Assembly: GCF_009914755.1 (NCBI RefSeq)
Contig: NC_060931.1
Source of the DNA: the human T2T-CHM13v2.0 reference genome, Homo sapiens
Strand: one strand, 5' to 3'
DNA length: 64,000 bases
A program made the translations under genes and the position numbers. The notes under the pieces were generated by a model. It did no database searches and was not told the DNA's origin. It saw nothing but the letters and a program-made list of their open reading frames with translations. This document shows positions 12,368 through 26,882 of the stretch, in pieces. Each line of letters opens with the position of its first letter. Position 1 is the first letter of the stretch.

Positions 12368-15077
12368 GTCCTCAGAAAGAAATTTTCAAAGGAAATAGGG
12401 CCATAATTGGTAGAGAAAAAGGAGGGAATGAGTGAATACAGAGGACATATATATCCACAGATAGAATTAAAATGAAACATTTAAATTGAGCAGTGAAATT
12501 CACAGGGAAGCAAGAGAGTAGAGTATACAGGTACTGCCCCAAGAGAAAGGAAAGAAGAAAGGGAAGAGGTGGTAAGTTGCGCACTTCTCTCAAACCACTG
12601 ACCAAGCCAGTTTCTGTCTGAAGTAAATTATTATTGTGGTTGACGAGCCATAGATGAGTAAAACTCTAGTGTGTATAAGCAGTAAGAAAAACTGTCCTCA
12701 AGGTGGGCATGATGCCAGCAAACATGAGTGATGGGGCATAACTTCAGGGATGAGGCTTTTTCTGTGTTTCATGGCACAATGTTTCACACTTCCAGCAATT
12801 CTAATGTATTACTAAGTTCTCATTCTGGGAAATGATTCCTTCCTTAATATCAGTTAATCAGTAGCTGTGATTTTTTTTGTCTGAATATCCGGCCCCACAG
12901 CAGAACAGTACTATAAAGATAAATTTTAAAATGAGTACTTTGCATAGGCTGCCCTTTTAATATTCCAATTTTGAAGACATCTTTGACATTTCTAAAACAT
13001 AATTTGAGATTAAAGAAGATAGGTTTAATTTTCATTGCCTAGAATATGTCGGTGTTGTATATTTTTAAATTCTCTGCATTATCTATCATTCAAGACTAAT
13101 TTAGTCAAGTTGATAGTCATTTTATTTTAATAGCATTTATTATTCAATAAGTATATTGAATTATCATAGTGATACATTTAAACTACAAAATGAAAAATGA
13201 AGTATACAACTTAGTTTTATTCCTACAGCACTGTTAGACACTTTGACAGACATGTTACACTACTGACTTGTTTTTTTTCCCAGTGGTGATTAGTTGAGTT
13301 TATATCATAGACAAAACACTTCAATGTTATTCAGATATGAAAATATGCTATCCACTTTTATGTAGTAGACATTCACTTCACCTAATTTTCCTGTTTTACT
13401 AAAGCTAATGATCTCATGACTTTTGATTTCTAGAATTAGGCCAAGACTGTGTCACAGATGTATGCAAGTCATCTCATTTCAATTTGCCTTGGCTATTGAC
13501 ACAGAACCACTCCTTGGAGCCTAAACGATCCAGTTTTCTCACCTTGCCTGTTAACCATAATCCCACACTCAGCTGAAATGATCCAATTTTTTATCTTTAA
13601 TATTTTGGGTTTTTTTCTTATAGGTTGAATTTAACTGCTTTGGAATATCAGATAGCATTAAAATGATTTAATTATTGCACCAAGAATCATTATTATTTTA
13701 CATCCACATTCCAGGAGGATGGAATCTGGTATATCCTTTAAAACACATTTGTGCTTGAGTAAAGTTTTCCTGTAACTAATTTGTACTGACTTCCTCTTCT
13801 TGATTTACTTTATGGTACATCTATATCAGGATATATAGATCGCAATACTTTGCTCACTCATTATGGGCAGTAATTCTGAAATCAGATACATGCTTCAGAT
13901 TTTAATGTAATGGAGCATTTTCTTAATTTAAAATTCTTCTCTAGCAAGGTTTTGCTTTTTACTTTTCCACAGGGAAACCATTTCTGATGGCACAAAACTT
14001 GAGTCATAATGTATAAGCTTTGCAGTTATAAAATAACTGCCATCTTTGTTTTATGGTTTACTCACCTGTAAAAGCTGTTTATTGTCAAATAGGAGACACT
14101 ATGAATCAAATTTCTTCTCTTGCTGCAGTGCTTCCCCCACTAAAAAATCTCTATTAATAGGGCCCCCCAAGATCAAAAAGGTAGTTTGATCACTGTTAGC
14201 AAGGAGTTATGCGGAGATAAGAATTGTTACAAGGAGAATTAGAAAACTGGTTTTATAAGAACAGACAGGAGAGAATTTGCCACTACTGCTCTGGCTGCTC
14301 AACCTTTATTAAAGTATTAATATGGCACTTTTGGGCACTTAGCTTGGATGCCTTATTCTAGGCCAGTGTGAATTTTATGGCTCAGTTAGAAAACTTTGCA
14401 AAGAGGAAAAAAGAAGTTTTTAAATAATAATATGTGACATTAATATTCATGCTTATACAATCCTATGAAATCTGGGTTTGATTTCTTTTCTTTCCTTCCT
14501 TCCTTCCTTTTTTCTTCCAGGTGCCACCCACAGAATATTTACCCTGTACTATAAAGAATTAAAAAAAAAAAAAAAACGAGTTGGGAAGATGCTTTAATTC
14601 TCTCCCAGATCACGAATGTCCTCCCTTATCCCAAGTGAAGGAGTTAAGTAGATGGGTCATCCAGTATGTCACCATAGTACTCTACTAGTCTAATGGGTGA
14701 GGGTTAAGTTTACTGATGAAACAGACAACCTGACAGACTCTAATGCTAGTGAAATAATGGAGTAGCTTGTCAAGAGTATATTGAGACATCTCTTTATCCA
14801 GAAGGCCTTAAGACAAGGTTAGTTCAATTTTGCTCAATATTCTGTTTGACTTAAGGGTTACAGGCATGCCTCTGCAGATGTCAGTCTCTATTAATATCAA
14901 CACTTGTCCCTTCTCCTTCATTGCAAAGCCAGCTTAGTTACCTGCTAAGAAGATGGCACCACGATGGTAATGCAACGAATGGATGTGGGAGAAATGAGAC
15001 AGACAGTGAGTAGCCACGTGTCATTTACCTGCAGATGCTATTGACATCCTGTTTATCACTCTAGGCCTGCCTCCTTT

Positions 15078-16313
15078 TGTGTCCAGAATTGGTGGGTTCT
15101 TGGTCTCACTGACTTCAAGAATGAAGCCATGGACCCTCGCAGTGAGTGTTACAGTTCTTAAAGGCGGCATGTCCAGGTGATGTTCAGATGTGTTCAGAGT
15201 TTCTTCCTTCTGGTGGGTTCGTGGTCTCGCTGGCTTCAGGAGTGAAGCTACAGACCTTCCCCGTATTACAGCTCATAAAAGCAGTGTGGACCCAAAGAGT
15301 GAGCAGCAGCAAGATTTATTGCAAAGAGCAAAGAACAAGACTTTCACACTTTGGAAAGGGACACCAGCGGGTTGCCGCTGCTGTCTCAGGCAGCCTGCTT
15401 TTATTCCCTTATCTGGCTCCACCCACATCCTGCTGATTGGTCCATTTTGATAGGGTGCTGATTAGTGTGTTTACAATCCCTGAGCTAGACACAAACGTTC
15501 TCCAAGTCCCCACTAGATTAGCTAGATACAGAGTGCCGATTGGTGCATCCACAAACCTTGAGCTAGACACAGAGCACTGATTGGTGCATTTACAAACCTT
15601 GAGCTAGACACAGAGTGCTGATTGGTGTATTCACAATCCCTTTGCTAGACATAAAGGTTCTCCAAGTCCCCACTAGACTCAGGAGCCCAGATGGCTTCAC
15701 CTAGTGGATCCTGCAGTGGGGCCACAGGCAGAGCTGCCTGCCAATCCTGCGGTGCGCCCGCACTCCTCAGCTCTTGGGTGGTTGATGGGACAGGGCTGCA
15801 GAGCAGGTGGCGGGGCTCGTCGGGGAGGCTCCGGCCATGCAGGAGCCCATGGCGGCAGCGGGAGGCTCAGGCATGGGGGCCTGCAGATCCCAAGCCCTGC
15901 CCCACAGGGAGGCAGCTGAGGCCCCGCGAGAATTCGAGTGCAGCGCCAGCAGGCCGGCACTGCTGGGGGACCCCACACACCCTCCACAGCTGCTGGCCCA
16001 GTTACTAAGCCCCTCACTCCCCGAGGCCTGCGGCCCCCAGCGGCCACTTGGAGTGCAGGGCCGCCAAACCCACGCCCACCCGGAACTCGCGCTGGCCCAC
16101 AAGCGCCTGGCGCAGCCCCGGTTCCCGCGCGCGCCTCTCCCTCCACACCTCCCCGCAAGCTGAGGGAGCCGGCTTTGGCCTCCGCCAGCCCAGAAAGGGG
16201 ATCCCACAGTGCAGCAGCGGGCTGAAGGGCTCCTCAAGCGCGGCCAGAGTGGGCGCTGAGGCCGAGGAGGAGCCAATAGCGAGCGAGAGCTGCCAGCACG
16301 CTGTCACCTCTCA
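15078..16313 (-). mobile_element. Solo LTR12 (LTR12C-like, ERV9 LTR)
   Basis: Minus strand TGAGAGGTGACAGCGTGC...CCAATTCTGGACACA; CpG-rich U3, ~41-bp CCAAT-bearing tandem repeats (15432-15650), AATAAAA TATA-like box (15399-15405), 4-bp TSD cttt on both sides. Confidence 0.95.
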
Positions 16314-16329
16314 CTTTCTTCTCTTCCAA

Positions 16330-17535
16330 TAACTTTATTTCTACCATTTCTTTGGACATTCCTGTTTAGATATGTCACAATAATTTCAAACTCAGTAATT
16401 TTCACTCCTAAACCAGCTTGCCTTAGTGGGTTTTCTTGTCCCTGTTAAAAATACCATTAAGGCCCAAAGCCTCTGGATTTTTTTCTACTTTGCCTATTAA
16501 AACAACTCATCTGCAAAGCCCTATTGAGACTGCATTTGAAGTATCATTTTTGTCCTCTTTCTTTCCATTCCAAAACTAACAATATTAATACAAATTTCAA
16601 ATACCTCAAATCTTACCAGAGCTTCTTCACTTCCTTGTTCTCAGGTCCATTTTCCCCAAACACACCAGATTGAAATTTCAAGAACTCTAATCCCATCTCA
16701 TTACTATTTAAAGGCATTTAATGAATTCTCCATGACCTGTGTGGGGAAGCATAAAGAGGTATGTTTCAGTTTCCCTGAAGATACCACAGAAGTGGTGGTT
16801 GTGTTGGGTACAGACTGTAGGCTGGAAGTTGGCCAGGGAGTGCCTCCTGTAGGACAAAGGAGGCACAGAAGGCAGCAGCAATTGGCTTGGAAGCCCATGT
16901 CTATAACTTTCCATTTAATCAGGATCCTCTGGATAGGATCATGGTTCTATAGGGTGCAGTCAACCATTCTTTTCCACGAGCTTTACCCAGTTTCTATCTT
17001 ATTAGGACCCTACACTCTGTAATTTAGACACATTAATCTACATGTTGTTTCTTGCACATTTCAGAGAGGATACCAGTAGGTTAGCAGTGCAAAAGAACAC
17101 AAAAGTTTCTTTCCTCTGTTTTTTTTCAACCATCATCATTCTTTCCCTTGCTGCAATTATTCACTTCACTTCTTTCTTTTTTTCTCACTCTTCCTCTCAC
17201 ATCTCTCCATGTCTCATAATCTACAAAAAGCCCCTAAGTCTTTACCATGTAATCATTCCAATTAAAAAGTATCAAACCGCTGCACAGTGTTCTTTAATTT
17301 CTTTAGACTTTACCATAGATGTTGTCCATAGCAATGACCTGAAAAATATTAATGCGTTATGAATGACTTCTCCTTTCTTCATTCTCAATATTTTTTAATT
17401 TGCATATCATTATTTAACTTTGTATTAAACAAGAAGTTTATCTTGCTCTTCCAATTATAGTCATTGAAAGCCTCTCTTCTTCTTTGACTTCTACAGCACA
17501 GAGAAAGTATGCAATAAATATATACTGATTGGCTG
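16330..17535 (+). mobile_element. Degraded L2 fragments
   Basis: L2-like ggacattcc...tcaaactc motif and a 3' end ...caataaata...tgattg; boundaries approximate. Confidence 0.45.
17237..17400 (+). repeat. Inverted repeat, left arm (pairs with 18880-19043)
   Basis: Manual alignment: 158/164 identical to the reverse complement of 18880-19043. Confidence 0.93.
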
Positions 17536-18300
17536 TTCACAAATCAAGTCTCCTCATTAGGAGTTGTTGATATTTTCACTCCTCCTTGAGCAAACACATG
17601 GTTGTCTTTTAATATATTTTTAATGAGGTAAGTACATGGAATTTACTTAGGGCTTAGAGAGGCAAATCTATGATCACTGAGCTTTCTTAGAGGGAGACAG
17701 ATTTGTAACAAAAAGGCAACTATAGGAATGGAAAGAGTGGAGTAGCTTAAGGATTAAAAGAAAGATAATGAATACAACGGTACAGACAAAAGAAATAAAA
17801 AAGAAGGGAAACAAACACAGAAAGCCTTTATCTAGGAGAAAGTGAAAGAGTGTGGAAGAACAGTTGGCGGTATAAGAGTTGTTAAATAAATCAAAATATT
17901 TGTTTCCTGTCACAGGACCATTGTGTTTGGTCTTCTACTGGTTTATGGTGCATGATAGGAGTTTAGTATTCTTTGTTTCTGCCAGAATTTGAGAATGTCC
18001 TTGAGGCTAAGTTGTGGGAAAAGTAAATATGGGACAGCAGAGTTGCTGTAGACCTTGATTTGGACCCTTGTAATGGTCTTGCCTCCTCCACTCTCTGTAA
18101 TGATACTGCTAGCCTCTAGACCTTAAGTGAACAGCCTAAACAGCCATTCTGCCATTCCTGTTTTTCATACCTTCTCACACTGGTGGTGCAAAGTGCTCCA
18201 TTCTGAAATGTTCTAGAAGGACCATGCTCTAAGTTGTCTTTGTTCTACAACTTTTATTAATCAGCTAATTATTATTCCTTTTTTTTTTTTTTTTTGGTGA

Positions 18301-18628
<328 letters not shown>

Positions 18629-18879
18629 CAAAACCAAATTTCTATTAACCGATGAATAGGTAAATAAAATGTGGTATTTCCATACAATGTGAACCTGCTG
18701 ATAATGGAGATCTAATGCCAGTCTTATTTTATTATGCCAGAGAGATCATTGGGAATGTTCCCTTTGATTTTAGAAACATGAGTATGACCTTTACTTGTCA
18801 CACTTTCAAGGAACTGAGGACTAGACATCTGAATTTCTTCAGATGTGAATAAAAGGATATATGAATTTAAGGATATGTG

Positions 18880-19043
18880 AATTAAAAAATATTGAGAATG
18901 AAGAAAGGAGAAGTCATTCATAATGTATTAATATTTTTCAGGTCATTGCTATGGACAACATCTATGGTAAAGTCGAAAGAAATTTAAGAACACTGTGCAG
19001 CGGTTTGATACTGTTTAATTGAAATGATTACATGGTAAAGACT
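18880..19043 (-). repeat. Inverted repeat, right arm (pairs with 17237-17400)
   Basis: Reverse complement of the left arm with 6 substitutions and no gaps. Confidence 0.93.
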
Positions 19044-19049
19044 CTTTAA

Positions 19050-19600
19050 TTTCAGAGATGTTCTCCTCATTTCATGTGCCCCTGACTGGATTGTCAATCA
19101 AGTCACTCCATTTATGTCCTATCTACGGGAGATACCCATACACTTAGCACAGTGATTGCTCTAAAGCATGAGCACATAACACAAGCAAGTCCAGAGATCT
19201 TCCATAATAAGAGTGCTGTATGGACCCTGGGAAAGAGTCGATCTATTCCTTTTATCTCACAAGCTGTAAAGGTAAAATCTGAAGACTGCTAGAAGACATT
19301 TTTCCTAACTCAAGAAGAAAAGGTATCCATAGTAGGATAGAATGAGGCAAACACAGGGAAGGCTTGACACACAAAACTGATTATGATGGAGATAAAAATA
19401 GAGGTGGAGATGGAGATGGAAATAGAGAAATGAGATAGAGGATTATAATGATATTGTTTGGACTCTGAATCCAGCCATGCCTAACCTCAGATTTGTACTA
19501 AGTTATTTGTCAGTAAACTCCTATAGTTTTGTTTGTTTTGTTTTTGCTTCAATTGCCATTAAATTGGATTTTTAACATTTAAAACCCAAAGAGTGTTCAA
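19050..19600 (+). mobile_element. Old ERVL LTR (LTR16-like) fragment
   Basis: tttggactctgaatccagccatgcct...aaaacccaaagagtg resembles the LTR16 3' half. Confidence 0.5.
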
Positions 19601-20263
19601 TATTCAATCAGGTTGAGGAAATTTTGCTGATAGTGCTTGTTTCTAGGGGTTTATCCACCCTAAGTTAAGTGTAATTTCCTGATTGTTGGCCAAAAAAAAA
19701 ATCATTTTTTTATAGTTCATGGATAAAATAAACATGACATGGATGGATAAATGGTCATGGATAGTTTAATATATAAGAATGATGTAATAGGCTGAAATTT
19801 AAAAATTGTTTCTTTAGAATTAAAAGGCTACTCCCATATCTAATGCATCAATTCTGACATCTAAAACAAAAACTCTTAAATAATGCAATGCACTATTCAT
19901 TAATTTGAAGGACATTTTTGCAGTCATCATTTGAAATATTTCTTAAGAACAAAGGATGAAAGATAAAATATGCAAGAAAAAATTATTTTTTGTGTGTACA
20001 ATCCACCATTTTCCTTCTTACAGAAAATTATTTACTGTGATTCTTTATTTCAAAAGAAGTTATTGCTTCCATTTCAAAAGGAATTATACATAAAGAAAAA
20101 AGTCACATGCCCCAAACCTAGTCAAACACATAATATAAACAATCAGTATAACTTGGGAAAGAGATGTATTTATTTTTGGGTTAACTACATGGAATAATAT
20201 ACTTCCTAATATTTTTATTCGATATGCTCATTGAACACAATAATATTCTCCAGGTAGAAGTGA

Positions 20264-20604
<341 letters not shown>

Positions 20605-21799
20605 TGAACTCTTAAAATTAGCCATAATTGCCCTGTAAGGCTCAGGTTAAATTGTCTTCGTCCCATAGATTTATCTTTATCACTGTAAATAAGAGTAATC
20701 AATCCTTCTCTAAACTTCTAGCCACTTAAGACATATTCAAGAAGCATTTACTAAATGTCTCCTATAAGCTTATCACTCTGGTGGATACAAAGAAATATAA
20801 GCCATGGTTCCTACTGTTAAAGATTTTACAAACCTGTTAGTGAGATTAGGAGTCCATATAAAGAAAGTTAAATATTATCCAAGAGATTAATGCAATCCTG
20901 TATTGCAAGGCGATTGATAACCTCCAAGTTCCAAAGTAATAGTTCACATGAATGTGAAGTCTTAAAGCATGTATCCACAACTGAGCTTTATGCTTCTTTA
21001 CTCAAGGGTAACAATGAGTTGTAAAACCAGAGTATAGTTGGGTCATGCAAATTATACCTATTGGAATATACTTGAAACAGTTTCAGAAAAAAAAGAACAT
21101 GAAAATCAACATAGTTTATAGTTTCTCAAAGCATGTAGTGGGAACCTAGAAATAAAGTAAATGTGCATCATTAATGAAAAAAGCTAAATAAATTATGTCA
21201 TATTCATACTATTGAATATATAAAGCCATTAAATAAAATATATGTTTATATGAGTTCATTTGGAGGGATTTCTACAATGTATTTTAAGTAAGAAAAGAAT
21301 GATACCTAAATTTAAAAATTGCCAGTCATCAGAATCAGGACAATTTGGCTGTCAATTTAAGTCATTAAACTTTGGGACAGCTATATGAAAATGGTAACTG
21401 ATAACAAGTTTTTATTTAAAAAAACTATATTACTTATACAAGTGTTTCAGAAAGATTTCTGTGAATATATTAATATAACTTTCAGAAAATACATAGATGA
21501 GTTAAATAACTGTCACAAGCAAAAATAAAAAAAGTTGTAGGAATTTATTTAATGGTGAAAGGAGTCTCATCCCTTTTTCATACGATAATAAATCAGTTTG
21601 TATAAACCCATTATTGTAAAATACTACATATATAGAGAAAGTGCATATAACTCTGATATATGGCATAGCAAATTCTTATAAAGCAAACACCTGGGTAATA
21701 AAAACAGAATATTATCAACACCCTTTGTAGTGCTCTCATGTTAGAACTTTTACTTGCCTCTTTTAAATATAGCTTTATGATGGATTTTTCCTTCTTAAA

Positions 21800-23200
21800 C
21801 ATGATAGTTTTTTTTGTTAAACATGATAGTTTTGTTTGTATTCTGTGACTGATTTGTTTTGCTCAATGGTATGTTCTTAAAAGTTCAACATTGGTATATA
21901 TAGCTATATTTCATTTCTTTATTTTTATTGCTGTATCACAGTTATTAATCTATTCTTTAATTATTAGACATCTGATTTGTTTCCAGTTTGGAATTGTTGC
22001 AAATAACTTGACTTTGAACGGTCTTGTCATTTTCACATGATACAGTTTCATGTATTTCCCTAGTGTATAAAATACAGGAGTGGAATTGTCGGGTCATTGT
22101 ATAGTTGTATTCTAAATGTATAAGATGATGCCAAACTCTTTATGAAATGAACAAATAATGGTACGTATTTTAATTGATTTTGCACTCCTATTATTACTAA
22201 TGAGATTGAACACATTTTCATGTTTTTGAGCCATTTGAATATCCTCTTTTATTAAATGCCTGTTTAAGTTTTCTGCCCCCTTTTTATTGTATCGGTCATT
22301 ATTTATTTGTAGGAGGTCTCCATATATTCCCTTTCCAAGGCCTATGTTTGCCATATGTGTTGCAAATAACTCTTTCCATTCTTTGTATTACCTTATTTTA
22401 CTACTAAGTAATGCCCTTTGACAAACAGAAATTCTATTATTTTATAGTTAGAATATTCTATATTCTGTTTGAGAAAACTTTTTCCACCTTGAGGTCATAA
22501 AGATATTCTCCTGTAATTCTAAATAATTAGTTTTTTTGTCCTTCACATTTATACCTATACTTTAAATGTAATTGGTTTTATGTAGGAGATGAAGTAGGAA
22601 TCAAGTTGTATTTTTTTTCAGTATGGATACCCATTTTTTTCATTATCATTCTTACTGAAAATACTGTCCTTTCCCCCAATCCTGTGTAATGGTAATTTTC
22701 TCATAAACCAAGTACCACAATATATGTGGCCTTTTTATGAACTCTTTACCTATTCCATTGGTCTGTTCTTTTATACTTGCAGCATCAATGCACTATCTTA
22801 AATAGCTTTATAATATAACTTAACACTCAGTAAAGCAAGTCTCCCTACCATGTATTTCTTCTTAAAAAATATCTCAGAACTTCTTGCCCCTTTGTATTTC
22901 CATATAACTTTTAGAAACAGCTGTCAAGTTTCACTTCAAAAATTTAGTATTTTGACTGGGATTGTATTGCATTAAATCAGCAATAATATACTTAACAGCA
23001 TAGAGTTTTCCAATTCTTAAACACTATATATCCATCCTAATTATGTTGAGATTGCTTACATACTGTTCTATAGTATTCTGTATAGAGATCTGGCAAAATT
23101 TTTACTACATGCATCCCTACGTATTGATATTTTTTATGCGATTGTAAATTATATCTTTCTTAAGTATTTCATTTTCCAACTGTTGATGCTATATAAAAAT
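21800..23200 (-). mobile_element. Old L1M (L1MC/ME-like) fragment; continues at ~25000-25560
   Basis: Degenerate antisense ORF2/3' sequence (ORF track 22112-22354: NLNRHLIKEDIQMA). Confidence 0.7.
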
Positions 23201-23256
23201 GAAATAAAAGATTACCCACTGATTAAAGTAAGTTGTCTATAAAAAGTAAACTATTT

Positions 23257-24984
23257 TACAAACCACGGCTCAACGAAATAAAAGAGGACACAAATGGAAG
23301 AACCTTCCATGCTCATGGATAGGAAGAATCAATATCATGAAAATGGCCATACAGCCTAAGGTAATTTATAGATTCAATGCCATCCCCATCAAGCTACCAA
23401 TTACTTTCTTCACACAATTGGAAAAAACTACTTTAAAGTTCATATGGAACCAAAAAAGAGCCTGCATTGTCAAGACAATCCTAAGCCAAAAGAACAAAGC
23501 TGGAGGCATCATGCTACCTGACTTCAAACTATACTACAAGGCTACAGTAACCAAAACAGCATGGTACTGATACCAATACAGAGATATAGACCAATGGAAC
23601 AGAACAGAGCCCTCAGAAATAATACCGCATATCTACAACCATGTGATCTTTGACAAACCTGACAAAAACAAGAAATGGGGAAAGGATTCCCTATTTAATA
23701 AATGGTGCTGGGAAAACTGGCTAGCCATATGTAGAGGGCTGAAACTGGTTCACTTCCTTGCACATTATACAAAAATTAATTCAAGATGGATTAAAGACTT
23801 AAACGTTAGACCTATAACCATAAAAATCCTAGAAGAAAACCTAGGCAATACCATTCAGGACATAGGCATGGGCAAGGACTTCATGACTAAAACACCAAAA
23901 GCAATGGCAACAAAAGCCAAAATTGACAAATGAGATCTAATTAAACTAAAGAGCTTCTTCACAGCAAAAGAAACTATCATCAGAGTGAACAGGCAACCTA
24001 CAGAATGGGAGAAAATTTTTACAATCTACCCATCTGACAACGAGCTAATACCCAGAATCTACAAAGAACTTAAACAAGTTTACAAGAAAAAATCAAACAA
24101 CCCCATCAAAAAGTGGGTGGAGGATATGAACAGACACTTCCCAAAAGAAGACATTATGCAGCCAACAGACACATGAAAAAATGCTCATCATCACTGGCCA
24201 TCAGAGAAATGCAAATCAAAACCACAATGAGATACCATCTCACACCAGTTAGAATGGCGATCATTAAAAAGTCAGGAAACAACAGGTGCTGGAGAGAATG
24301 TGGAGAAATAGGAACACTTTTACACTGTTGGTGGGAGTGTAAACTAGTTCGACCATTGTGGAAGACAGTGTAGCGATTCCTCAAGGATCTAGAACTAGAA
24401 ATTCCATTTGACCCAGCCATCCCATTACTGGGTATATACCCAAAGGATTATAAATCATGCTGCTGTAAAGACACATGCACACGTATGTTTATTGTGGCAC
24501 TATCCACAATAGCAAGGACTTGGAACCAACCCAAATGTCCATCAATGATAGACTGGATTAAGAAAATGTGGTACGTATACACCATGGAATACTAAGCAGC
24601 CATAAAAAAGGATGAGTTCACGTCCTTTGTAGGGACATGGATGAAGCTGGAAACCATCATTCTGAGCAAACTATCACAAGGGTAGAAAACCAAACACCGC
24701 ATGTTCTCACTCATAGTTGGGAACTGAACAATGAGAACACTTGGACACAGGGTGGGGAACATCACACACTGTGGCCTGTCATGGGGTTGGGGGAGGGGGA
24801 GGGATAGCATTAGGAGAAATACCTAATGTAAATGACGAGTTAATGGGTGCAGCACACCCACATGGCACATGTATACATATGAAACAAACCTGCACATTGT
24901 GCACATGTACCCTAGAAGTTAAAGTATAATAAAAAAAGAGAGAGAGAAAAAAAATAAAGTGAGATAAATTATTCTAAAAAAAAA
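23257..24984 (+). mobile_element. 5'-truncated L1PA (approx. L1PA4-6): ORF2 C-terminus, 3'UTR, poly(A)
   Basis: ORF2 fragments ([40 protein letters not shown]) broken by stops; G-rich 3'UTR; TSD aaaaagtaaac. Confidence 0.96.
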
Positions 24985-26505
24985 GTAAACAGTTTTATTT
25001 CTTCATTTATAATCCCTAGGTCTTTTGTTTATTTTCCTTTTTTTCCTATATTTCACTGGCTAGGACCTCCACTATAATGTTGAACAATGGTAATCTCATT
25101 TACAAATTCAAGGTGAAAACTTTGACTATTAAAACATTAAGTATAACATTTTCTTTGTTTTTTTTTTTTAAAAACAATGTCAGATTAAAGAAGTTTATAT
25201 TTCTAGCTTGCCAAGTGGTTGTTGAATTTTATCACATTCTGTTCTGAAGCAAATGAGATAATCAGCTTGTAAAATCTTCTTTTAATTTGCTGAATTACAT
25301 TGATCTTCAAATGTTGAAACAACTCTGCATTCTCAGGTTAAACTTAACTTGTCAGAATCTAGTACAGTATTAGTTTTTATATATTGTTGAATTTGATTTG
25401 AAAAATTGTTAAAGATTTATATATTTTTATTAATGAGAGAAACTCATCTGTAATTTTCTTTTTCTGTAATAATGTCAGATGTTATAATCAAGGTTAGGTG
25501 GCCTAATTCCTTATGTATATGGAAGAATTTACTGGTGAAGCTGTCTGATCCTCATGATTTTTCACCTATTTTTAAAAATATTTGTTATGATTGTTTTAAT
25601 GAGTAGGTTTAATATCTGAGTCACTTGTGAGCCTATTTATATTACCTTTTTTCATCTGTTTTCAGTCTTGGTTCTTAGCATCTCTGCTAACTCTTTATGG
25701 GATTGTAGAGTATTTGTAATGCCAATTCATAAAATTTGAAAAGTTTTTGATTAAAAGAAAAAAATCATAAAATCTCAGCTTTTGCAATCTCAGCACATAG
25801 TATGTTGCATTGTCTGTTTTGTCCAATTCTTTTAAAGTCCAACATGGGATTTTCTTGAAATATGCATGGCCTGAAGCATCAAATATTTAGGTAAACAGGC
25901 AAAAGTCTCAGTAAAAATTAAAATAGGAACACATTAGTAAAAAGACAGAGAATATCTATACATTTCAAAAGTAAAATACCCATAAAATTGAAATCTGTGC
26001 AGGTAAAATGAAATTATTTTGGAACTGATTTACCACAAATTTGTGAACTGGTGCTGTTACAAAAAGAATAGAGTAGAATTAGCAAACTGTGCTTAAACTT
26101 TTAAAATTGAAATATGGCAGAAATACAGAATTAAAATTGCATTTATGTTCTCTGATGAGCCCAACTGTTCTTTTAGGAACAGCTTATAAAATATTTCAAA
26201 TAACTACAAAATAAGAAAGCCCTTTCAGAAATATCCTTAAACAAAAAGGATAGAACAAAAATAATTACTTTCTCTCCAAATACCTCATGAGATCTATTCT
26301 ACTTTTATATAAATTTTTTATGTTTATATAATACCTTGTTATTTTAATCTGTATTTGACAGGCATGGATACTTTCATTTCTGTGAGTGTATTGGGAGCAA
26401 GGGGGTGTGACAGGATTCCATGTTAGACCAGGGACTTGTTTTGATGCCACTAAGGAGACTAAATTTTAAATTGGACCCTTACTTTCTACACACTCCCCAC
26501 AATCC

Positions 26506-26882
26506 TGATATGGTTCAGCTGTGTCCCCACCCAAGTCTCATCTTGAATCGTAGTTCCAATAATCCCCATGTGTGGTGGGAGGGAACAGGTGGAGATAAGT
26601 GAATCATGAGGGTGGTTTCCCCATCCTGTTCTCGTGATAGTGAGTAAGCTCTCATGAGATCTGATGGTTTTATAAGGGGCTTTCCCCTTCTCTGGGGACT
26701 CATTCTTTGCTCTCCTGCTACCACGTGAAGAAGGATGTATTTGCTTCCCCTTCTGCCATGTTTGTAAGTTTCCTGAGGCCTCCCCAGCCCTTCAGAACTG
26801 TGAGTCAATTAAACCTCTTTCCTATATAAATTACCCAGTCTCCGGTATGTCTTTATTAGCAGCACGAGAATGAACTAATACA
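26506..26882 (+). mobile_element. THE1 solo LTR (MaLR)
   Basis: tgatatggttcagctgtgtccccaccca...gaactaataca. Confidence 0.92.

Noticed and set aside
15432-15650. ~41-bp repeats superficially like a CRISPR array
   Set aside because: These are the LTR12 U3 tandem enhancer repeats; no unique spacers, no cas genes, and the DNA is eukaryotic.
15146-16332. Many overlapping 70-170 aa ORFs
   Set aside because: All lie in the GC-rich LTR12; they are stop-poor artefacts, not genes.
23337-24373. L1 ORF2-like ORFs as an active reverse transcriptase
   Set aside because: 5'-truncated, with multiple stops and frameshifts; no EN or RT core.
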